DNA from: the human T2T-CHM13v2.0 reference genome, Homo sapiens
Length of the DNA stretch: 64,000 bases
NCBI RefSeq assembly: GCF_009914755.1
Contig: NC_060937.1
Strand: one strand, 5' to 3'
Each line of letters opens with the position of its first letter. Within the stretch, counting starts at the first letter, position 1. Both the position numbers and the translations under genes were made by a program. Positions 54,301-64,000 of this stretch are shown here, one piece after another. The notes under the pieces are model-generated. The model made no database searches and had not been told where the DNA came from. It was given only the letters and a program-made list of their open reading frames with translations.

Positions 54301-57300
54301 GAGAGGTTCCACTCTGTTAGCTGAGTACACACATCACAAACTTGTTTCTGAGAATCCTTCTGTGTCGTTTTTATGGGAAGATATTTACTTTTTCACCGTA
54401 GGCATCAAAGCGCTCCAAATGTCCACATCCAGATACTCCAGAAAGAGTGTTTCAAACCTGCTCTATGAAAGGGAATCTTCAACTCTATGAGTTGAATGCA
54501 GACATCAGAAAGAAATTTCTGAGAATGCTGCTGTCTACCTTTTATTTGAATTCCCGCTTCCAACGAAATCCTCCAAGCTATCCAAATATCCACTTGCAGA
54601 TTCCACAAAAAGAGTGTTTCAAAACTGCTCTCTATCAATGGCAAAGTTCAACTCTGTTAGTTGAGGACACATATCACCAACAAGTTTCTGAGAATGCTTC
54701 TGTCTATTTTTTATGGGAAGATATTTCCTTTTTCACCGTAGGCGTCAAGGCGATCGAAATGTCCACTTCCACAAACTACAAAAAGAGTGTTTCAAACCTG
54801 CTCTATGAAAGGCCATGTTCATCTCTATGAGTCGAATGGAAATATCCGAAAGAAATTTCTGGGAATGCTGCTGTCTAGTTTTTATACGAATTCCCGCTTC
54901 CAACGAAATCCTCAAAGCAATCCAAATATCCACTTGCAGAATCCACAAAAAGAGTGTTTCAAAACTGCTCTATCAATAGAAAGGTTCAACTCTTTTAGTT
55001 GAGTACACACATCACAAACAAGTTTCTGAGAATGCTTCTGTCTGGCTTTTATTGGAAGACGTTTCCTTTTCACCAAAGGCATCAAAGCGCTCCAAATGTC
55101 CACTTCCAGATTCTTCCAAAAGAGTGTTTGAAACGTGCTCAAAGTAAGGGAATGTTCAACTCTGTGACTTGAATGCAGATATCACCAAGTAGTTTCTAAT
55201 AGTGCTTCTGTCTAGATTTTAGATGATGATATTCCCGTTTCCAACGAAATCGTTAGAGCTATCCAAATATCCACTTACAGTTGCTACAAAAAGAGTGTTT
55301 CCAAACTGCTGCATCAAAAGAAAGGTTCAACTCTGTTAGTTGAGGACACACATCACAAAGAAGTTTGTGAGAATGCTTCTGTCTAGATTTTGTATGACCA
55401 TATTCCCTTTTCCAGCGATATCATTAAAGCAATCTAAATATCCATTTGCAGAATCCACAAAAATAGAGTTTCAAAGCTGCTCTGTAAAAAGAAAGGTTCC
55501 ACTCTGTTAGCTGAGTACACACATCACAAACTTGTTTCTGAGAATCCTTCTGTCTCGTTTTTATGGGAAGATATTTACTTTTTCACCGTAGGCATCAAAG
55601 CGCTCCAAATGTCCACATCCAGATACTCCAGAAAGAGTGTTTCAAACCTGCTCTATGAAAGGGAATCTTGAACTCTATGAGTTGAATGCAGACATCAGAA
55701 AGAAATTTCTGAGAATGCTGCTGTCTACCTTTTATTTGAATTCCCGCTTCCAACGAAATCCTCCAAGCTATCCAAATATCCACCTGCATTTTCCACAAAA
55801 AGAGCGTTTCAAAACTGCTCTATCAATAGAAATGTTCAACTCCTTTGGCTGGGTACACACATCACAAACAAGTTTCTGAGAATGCTTCTGTCTAGTTTTT
55901 ATGGGAAGACATTCCCTTTTTCACCAAAGGCATCAAAGCGCTCCAAATGTCCACTTCCAGACACTACAAAAAGAGTGTTTCCAACGTGCTCTAAGAAAGC
56001 GAATGTTCAACTCTGTGACTTGAATGCAGATATCACAAAGTAGTTTCTGAGAGGGCTTCTGTCTAGATTTTAGATGATGATATTCCCGTTTCCAACGAAA
56101 TCATTAGAGCTATCCAAATATCCACTTACAGTTTCTACAAAAAGAGTGTTTCCAAACTGCTGCATCAAAAGAGAGGTTCCACTCTGTTAGCTGAGTACAC
56201 ACATCACAAACTTGTTTCTCAGAATCCTTCTGTCTCGTTTTTCTGGGAAGATATTTACTTTTTCACCGTAGGCATCAAAGCGCTCCAAATGTCCACATCC
56301 AGATACTCCAGAAAGAGTGTTTCAAACCTGCTCTATGAAAGGGAATCTTCAACTCTATGAGTTGAATGCAGACATCAGAAGGAAATTTCTGAGAATGCTG
56401 CTGTCTACCTTTTATTTGAATTCCCGCTTCCAACGAAATCCTCCAAGCTATCCAAATATCCACTTGCAGATTCCACAAAAAGAGTGTTTCAAAACTGCTC
56501 TCTATCAATGGCAAAGTTCAACTCTGTTAGTTGAGGACACATATCACCAACAAGTTTCTGAGAATGCTTCTGTCTATTTTTTATGGGAAGATATTTCCTT
56601 TTTCACCGTAGGCGTCAAGGCGATCGAAATGTCCACTTCCACAAACTACAAAAAGAGTGTTTCAAACCTGCTCTATGAAAGGCCATGTTCATCTCTATGA
56701 GTCGAATGGAAATATCCGAAAGAAATTTCTGGGAATGCTGCTGTCTAGTTTTTATACGAATTCCCGCTTCCAACGAAATCCTCAAAGCAATCCAAATATC
56801 CACTTGCAGAATCCACAAAAAGAGTGTTTCAAAACTGCTCTATCAATAGAAAGGTTCAACTCTTTTAGTTGAGTACACACATCACAAACAAGTTTCTGAG
56901 AATGCTTCTGTCTGGCTTTTATTGGAAGACGTTTCCTTTTCACCAAAGGCATCAAAGCGCTCCAAATGTCCACTTCCAGATTCTTCCAAAAGAGTGTTTG
57001 AAACGTGCTCAAAGTAAGGGAATGTTCAACTCTGTGACTTGAATGCAGATATCACCAAGTAGTTTCTAATAGTGCTTCTGTCTAGATTTTAGATGATGAT
57101 ATTCCCGTTTCCAACGAAATCGTTAGAGCTATCCAAATATCCACTTACAGTTGCTACAAAAACAGTGTTTCCAAACTGCTGCATCAAAAGAAAGGTTCAA
57201 CTCTGTTAGTTGAGGACACACGTCACAAAGAAGTTTGTGAGAATGCTTCTGTCTAGATTTTGTATGACGATATTCCCTTTTCCAACGATATCGTTAAAGC

Positions 57301-60300
57301 AATCTAAATATCCATTTGCAGAATCCACAAAAATAGAGTTTCAAAGCTGCTCTGTAAAAAGAAAGGTTCCACTCTGTTAGCTGAGTACACACATCACAAA
57401 CTTGTTTCTCAGAATCCTTCTGTCTCGTTTTTCTGGGAAGATATTTACTTTTTCACCGTAGGCATCAAAGCGCTCCAAATGTCCACATCCAGATACTCCA
57501 GAAAGAGTGTTTCAAACCTGCTCTATGAAAGGGAATCTTCAACTCTATGAGTTGAATGCAGACATCAGAAAGAAATTTCTGAGAATGCTGCTGTCTACCT
57601 TTTATTTGAATTCCCGCTTCCAACGAAATCCTCCAAGCTATCCAAATATCCACTTGCAGATTCCACAAAAAGAGTGTTTCAAAACTGCTCTCTATCAATG
57701 GCAAAGTTCAACTCTGTTAGTTGAGGACACATATCACCAACAAGTTTCTGAGAATGCTTCTGTCTATTTTTTATGGGAAGATATTTCCTTTTTCACCGTA
57801 GGCGTCAAGGCGATCGAAATGTCCACTTCCACAAACTACAAAAAGAGTGTTTCAAACCTGCTCTATGAAAGGCCATGTTCATCTCTATGAGTCGAATGGA
57901 AATATCCGAAAGAAATTTCTGGGAATGCTGCTGTCTAGTTTTTATACGAATTCCCGCTTCCAACGAAATCCTCAAAGCAATCCAAATATCCACTTGCAGA
58001 ATCCACAAAAAGAGTGTTTCAAAACTGCTCTATCAATAGAAAGGTTCAACTCTTTTAGTTGAGTACACACATCACAAACAAGTTTCTGAGAATGCTTCTG
58101 TCTGGCTTTTATTGGAAGACGTTTCCTTTTCACCAAAGGCATCAAAGCGCTCCAAATGTCCACTTCCAGATTCTTCCAAAAGAGTGTTTGAAACGTGCTC
58201 AAAGTAAGGGAATGTTCAACTCTGTGACTTGAATGCAGATATCACCAAGTAGTTTCTAATAGTGCTTCTGTCTAGATTTTAGATGATGATATTCCCGTTT
58301 CCAACGAAATCGTTAGAGCTATCCAAATATCCACTTACAGTTTCTACAAAAAGAGTGTTTCCAAACTGCTGCATCAAAAGAAAGGTTCAACTCTGTTAGT
58401 TGAGGACACACATCACAAAGAAGTTTGTGAGAATGCTTCTGTCTAGATTTTGTATGACCATATTCCCTTTTCCAGCGATATCATTAAAGCAATCTAAATA
58501 TCCATTTGCAGAATCCACAAAAATAGAGTTTCAAAGCTGCTCTGTAAAAAGAAAGGTTCCACTCTGTTAGCTGAGTACACACATCACAAACTTGTTTCTG
58601 AGAATCCTTCTGTCTCGTTTTTATGGGAAGATATTTACTTTTTCACCGTAGGCATCAAAGCGCTCCAAATGTCCACATCCAGATACTCCAGAAAGAGTGT
58701 TTCAAACCTGCTCTATGAAAGGGAATCTTCAACTCTATGAGTTGAATGCAGACATCAGAAAGAAATTTCTGAGAATGCTGCTGTCTACCTTTTATTTGAA
58801 TTCCCGCTTCCAACGAAATCCTCCAAGCTATCCAAATATCCACCTGCATTTTCCACAAAAAGAGCGTTTCAAAACTGCTCTATCAATAGAAATGTTCAAC
58901 TCCTTTGGCTGGGTACACACATCACAAACAAGTTTCTGAGAATGCTTCTGTCTAGTTTTTATGGGAAGACATTCCCTTTTTCACCAAAGGCATCAAAGCG
59001 CTCCAAATGTCCACTTCCAGACACTACAAAAAGAGTGTTTCCAACGTGCTCTAAGAAAGCGAATGTTCAACTCTGTGACTTGAATGCAGATATCACAAAG
59101 TAGTTTCTGAGAGGGCTTCTGTCTAGATTTTAGATGATGATATTCCCGTTTCCAACGAAATCATTAGAGCTATCCAAATATCCACTTACAGTTTCTACAA
59201 AAAGAGTGTTTCCAAACTGCTGCATCAAAAGAGAGGTTCCACTCTGTTAGCTGAGTACACACATCACAAACTTGTTTCTCAGAATCCTTCTGTCTCGTTT
59301 TTCTGGGAAGATATTTACTTTTTCACCGTAGGCATCAAAGCGCTCCAAATGTCCACATCCAGATACTCCAGAAAGAGTGTTTCAAACCTGCTCTATGAAA
59401 GGGAATCTTCAACTCTATGAGTTGAATGCAGACATCAGAAAGAAATTTCTGAGAATGCTGCTGTCTACCTTTTATTTGAATTCCCGCTTCCAACGAAATC
59501 CTCCAAGCTATCCAAATATCCACTTGCAGATTCCACAAAAAGAGTGTTTCAAAACTGCTCTCTATCAATGGCAAAGTTCAACTCTGTTAGTTGAGGACAC
59601 ATATCACCAACAAGTTTCTGAGAATGCTTCTGTCTATTTTTTATGGGAAGATATTTCCTTTTTCACCGTAGGCGTCAAGGCGATCGAAATGTCCACTTCC
59701 ACAAACTACAAAAAGAGTGTTTCAAACCTGCTCTATGAAAGGCCATGTTCATCTCTATGAGTCGAATGGAAATATCCGAAAGAAATTTCTGGGAATGCTG
59801 CTGTCTAGTTTTTATACGAATTCCCGCTTCCAACGAAATCCTCAAAGCAATCCAAATATCCACTTGCAGAATCCACAAAAAGAGTGTTTCAAAACTGCTC
59901 TATCAATAGAAAGGTTCAACTCTTTTAGTTGAGTACACACATCACAAACAAGTTTCTGAGAATGCTTCTGTCTGGCTTTTATTGGAAGACGTTTCCTTTT
60001 CACCAAAGGCATCAAAGCGCTCCAAATGTCCACTTCCAGATTCTTCCAAAAGAGTGTTTGAAACGTGCTCAAAGTAAGGGAATGTTCAACTCTGTGACTT
60101 GAATGCAGATATCACCAAGTAGTTTCTAATAGTGCTTCTGTCTAGATTTTAGATGATGATATTCCCGTTTCCAACGAAATCGTTAGAGCTATCCAAATAT
60201 CCACTTACAGTTTCTACAAAAAGAGTGTTTCCAAACTGCTGCATCAAAAGAAAGGTTCAACTCTGTTAGTTGAGGACACACATCACAAAGAAGTTTGTGA

Positions 60301-62041
60301 GAATGCTTCTGTCTAGATTTTGTATGACCATATTCCCTTTTCCAGCGATATCATTAAAGCAATCTAAATATCCATTTGCAGAATCCACAAAAATAGAGTT
60401 TCAAAGCTGCTCTGTAAAAAGAAAGGTTCCACTCTGTTAGCTGAGTACACACATCACAAACTTGTTTCTGAGAATCCTTCTGTCTCGTTTTTATGGGAAG
60501 ATATTTACTTTTTCACCGTAGGCATCAAAGCGCTCCAAATGTCCACATCCAGATACTCCAGAAAGAGTGTTTCAAACCTGCTCTATGAAAGGGAATCTTC
60601 AACTCTATGAGTTGAATGCAGACATCAGAAAGAAATTTCTGAGAATGCTGCTGTCTACCTTTTATTTGAATTCCCGCTTCCAACGAAATCCTCCAAGCTA
60701 TCCAAATATCCACCTGCATTTTCCACAAAAAGAGCGTTTCAAAACTGCTCTATCAATAGAAATGTTCAACTCCTTTGGCTGGGTACACACATCACAAACA
60801 AGTTTCTGAGAATGCTTCTGTCTAGTTTTTATGGGAAGACATTCCCTTTTTCACCAAAGGCATCAAAGCGCTCCAAATGTCCACTTCCAGACACTACAAA
60901 AAGAGTGTTTCCAACGTGCTCTAAGAAAGCGAATGTTCAACTCTGTGACTTGAATGCAGATATCACAAAGTAGTTTCTGAGAGGGCTTCTGTCTAGATTT
61001 TAGATGATGATATTCCCGTTTCCAACGAAATCATTAGAGCTATCCAAATATCCACTTACAGTTTCTACAAAAAGAGTGTTTCCAAACTGCTGCATCAAAA
61101 GAGAGGTTCCACTCTGTTAGCTGAGTACACACATCACAAACTTGTTTCTCAGAATCCTTCTGTCTCGTTTTTCTGGGAAGATATTTACTTTTTCACCGTA
61201 GGCATCAAAGCGCTCCAAATGTCCACATCCAGATACTCCAGAAAGAGTGTTTCAAACCTGCTCTATGAAAGGGAATCTTCAACTCTATGAGTTGAATGCA
61301 GACATCAGAAAGAAATTTCTGAGAATGCTGCTGTCTACCTTTTATTTGAATTCCCGCTTCCAACGAAATCCTCCAAGCTATCCAAATATCCACTTGCAGA
61401 TTCCACAAAAAGAGTGTTTCAAAACTGCTCTCTATCAATGGCAAAGTTCAACTCTGTTAGTTGAGGACACATATCACCAACAAGTTTCTGAGAATGCTTC
61501 TGTCTATTTTTTATGGGAAGATATTTCCTTTTTCACCGTAGGCGTCAAGGCGATCGAAATGTCCACTTCCACAAACTACAAAAAGAGTGTTTCAAACCTG
61601 CTCTATGAAAGGCCATGTTCATCTCTATGAGTCGAATGGAAATATCCGAAAGAAATTTCTGGGAATGCTGCTGTCTAGTTTTTATACGAATTCCCGCTTC
61701 CAACGAAATCCTCAAAGCAATCCAAATATCCACTTGCAGAATCCACAAAAAGAGTGTTTCAAAACTGCTCTATCAATAGAAAGGTTCAACTCTTTTAGTT
61801 GAGTACACACATCACAAACAAGTTTCTGAGAATGCTTCTGTCTGGCTTTTATTGGAAGACGTTTCCTTTTCACCAAAGGCATCAAAGCGCTCCAAATGTC
61901 CACTTCCAGATTCTTCCAAAAGAGTGTTTGAAACGTGCTCAAAGTAAGGGAATGTTCAACTCTGTGACTTGAATGCAGATATCACCAAGTAGTTTCTAAT
62001 AGTGCTTCTGTCTAGATTTTAGATGATGATATTCCCGTTTC
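45386..62041. repeat. 11-mer-rich block: 11,7,11*,11,7,11*,11,7,11,11 (starts 45386, 47256, 48446, 50314, 52184, 53374, 55242, 57112, 58302, 60172)
   Basis: Extra blocks at ORF offsets 45739, 48799 (678), 50667, 53727 (678), 55595, 58655 and 60525; gaactc at 48945 and 53873. Confidence 0.95.
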
Positions 62042-64000
62042 CAACGAAATCGTTAGAGCTATCCAAATATCCACTTACAGTTGCTACAAAAACAGTGTTT
62101 CCAAACTGCTGCATCAAAAGAAAGGTTCAACTCTGTTAGTTGAGGACACACGTCACAAAGAAGTTTGTGAGAATGCTTCTGTCTAGATTTTGTATGACGA
62201 TATTCCCTTTTCCAACGATATCATTAAAGCAATCTAAATATCCATTTGCAGAATCCACAAAAATAGAGTTTCAAAGCTGCTCTGTAAAAAGAAAGGTTCC
62301 ACTCTGTTAGCTGAGTACACACATCACAAACTTGTTTCTCAGAATCCTTCTGTCTCGTTTTTCTGGGAAGATATTTACTTTTTCACCGTAGGCATCAAAG
62401 CGCTCCAAATGTCCACATCCAGATACTCCAGAAAGAGTGTTTCAAACCTGCTCTATGAAAGGGAATCTTCAACTCTATGAGTTGAATGCAGACATCAGAA
62501 AGAAATTTCTGAGAATGCTGCTGTCTACCTTTTATTTGAATTCCCGCTTCCAACGAAATCCTCCAAGCTATCCAAATATCCACTTGCAGATTCCACAAAA
62601 AGAGTGTTTCAAAACTGCTCTCTATCAATGGCAAAGTTCAACTCTGTTAGTTGAGGACACATATCACCAACAAGTTTCTGAGAATGCTTCTGTCTATTTT
62701 TTATGGGAAGATATTTCCTTTTTCACCGTAGGCGTCAAGGCGATCGAAATGTCCACTTCCACAAACTACAAAAAGAGTGTTTCAAACCTGCTCTATGAAA
62801 GGCCATGTTCATCTCTATGAGTCGAATGGAAATATCCGAAAGAAATTTCTGGGAATGCTGCTGTCTAGTTTTTATACGAATTCCCGCTTCCAACGAAATC
62901 CTCAAAGCAATCCAAATATCCACTTGCAGAATCCACAAAAAGAGTGTTTCAAAACTGCTCTATCAATAGAAAGGTTCAACTCTTTTAGTTGAGTACACAC
63001 ATCACAAACAAGTTTCTGAGAATGCTTCTGTCTGGCTTTTATTGGAAGACGTTTCCTTTTCACCAAAGGCATCAAAGCGCTCCAAATGTCCACTTCCAGA
63101 TTCTTCCAAAAGAGTGTTTGAAACGTGCTCAAAGTAAGGGAATGTTCAACTCTGTGACTTGAATGCAGATATCACCAAGTAGTTTCTAATAGTGCTTCTG
63201 TCTAGATTTTAGATGATGATATTCCCGTTTCCAACGAAATCGTTAGAGCTATCCAAATATCCACTTACAGTTGCTACAAAAACAGTGTTTCCAAACTGCT
63301 GCATCAAAAGAAAGGTTCAACTCTGTTAGTTGAGGACACACGTCACAAAGAAGTTTGTGAGAATGCTTCTGTCTAGATTTTGTATGACGATATTCCCTTT
63401 TCCAACGATATCATTAAAGCAATCTAAATATCCATTTGCAGAATCCACAAAAATAGAGTTTCAAAGCTGCTCTGTAAAAAGAAAGGTTCCACTCTGTTAG
63501 CTGAGTACACACATCACAAACTTGTTTCTCAGAATCCTTCTGTCTCGTTTTTATGGGAAGATATTTACTTTTTCACCGTAGGCATCAAAGCGCTCCAAAT
63601 GTCCACATCCAGATACTCCAGAAAGAGTGTTTCAAACCTGCTCTATGAAAGGGAATCTTCAACTCTATGAGTTGAATGCAGACATCAGAAAGAAATTTCT
63701 GAGAATGCTGCTGTCTACCTTTTATTTGAATTCCCGCTTCCAACGAAATCCTCCAAGCTATCCAAATATCCACTTGCAGATTCCACAAAAAGAGTGTTTC
63801 AAAACTGCTCTCTATCAATGGCAAAGTTCAACTCTGTTAGTTGAGGACACATATCACCAACAAGTTTCTGAGAATGCTTCTGTCTATTTTTTATGGGAAG
63901 ATATTTCCTTTTTCACCGTAGGCGTCAAGGCGATCGAAATGTCCACTTCCACAAACTACAAAAAGAGTGTTTCAAACCTGCTCTATGAAAGGCCATGTTC

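Larger units (their letters stand above)
1..64000. repeat. Centromeric alpha-satellite HOR array (SF2-type, probably D13Z1/D21Z1), mixed 7-mer and 11-mer HORs, single orientation
   Basis: Seen: ~170-171 bp periodic motifs (gagtgtttcaaa, ttcaactctg, gtttctgagaatgcttctgtct) across the window, and identical ORFs recurring at 1190 bp and 678/680 bp offsets. Unit lengths sum exactly: 28x1190-1 + 12x1870 + 4x1868 = 63231, then a partial unit. Knowledge: these are alpha-satellite hallmarks with alternating CENP-B-box and pJalpha-box monomers. The chromosome assignment is from memory and less certain (~0.8) than the alpha-satellite call. Confidence 0.99.

Noticed and set aside
354-63824. Repeated 67-127 aa ORFs on both strands (e.g. 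MFQTCSMKGNLQLY...)
   Set aside because: They are translations of alpha-satellite monomers. Many start at non-ATG codons (396 is gtg), they overlap on both strands, resemble no protein family I recognise and simply recur with the HOR period.
1-64000. CRISPR-like or diversity-generating repeat array
   Set aside because: There are no unique spacers, no cas or reverse-transcriptase genes, and the entire unit is repeated, so this is satellite DNA.
1-64000. The 7/11 order as a code or designed pattern
   Set aside because: Local tandem duplications marked by shared SNPs explain the order, and I see no evidence of information content beyond that.
1-64000. Embedded L1/Alu insertion, inversion or foreign sequence
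   Set aside because: Unit lengths account for every base up to 63231 plus a partial unit, and the ORF strand pattern never flips.
1-64000. Alternative identity as D8Z2 or D9Z4 (also SF2 arrays with 7/11-mer variants)
   Set aside because: Less favoured because the EcoRI 340/680/850 pattern, five CENP-B boxes per 11-mer and the recalled alpha21-I sequence fit D13Z1/D21Z1. It cannot be formally excluded without alignment.

Overview
The whole 64 kb window is one uninterrupted, single-orientation array of primate (human-type) centromeric alpha-satellite with ~170-171 bp monomers. It contains no credible gene, RNA gene, transposon or CRISPR array, and all listed ORFs are by-products of the repeat. 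Phasing units at 'caacgaaatcgttagagc' (position 1), it parses exactly into 28 complete 7-mer higher-order repeats (HORs; 1190 bp, one of 1189 bp), 16 complete 11-mer HORs (12 of 1870 bp, 4 of a 1868 bp sub-variant, written 11*) and a final partial unit. The order is 7,7,11*,7,7,7,11*,7,7,7,11,11,7,11,11,(7)x7,11,11,7,11,(7)x7,11,7,11*,11,7,11*,11,7,11,11,7,partial. Intact CENP-B boxes occur 3 per 7-mer and 5 per 11-mer. The 11/7-mer structure, the EcoRI 340/680/850 bp spacing and my recollection of the sequence point to the SF2 live array D13Z1/D21Z1 (chr13/21); this is not database-verified. I see no new biological system. The interesting signal is array evolution: a 290 bp internal direct repeat that explains 11-mer/7-mer interconversion, SNP-marked multi-HOR tandem duplications (5438, 4930 and 4928 bp), mosaic (recombinant) HORs, a sub-lineage dispersed over ~40 kb and one disrupted CENP-B box. 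All SNP calls were made by eye.
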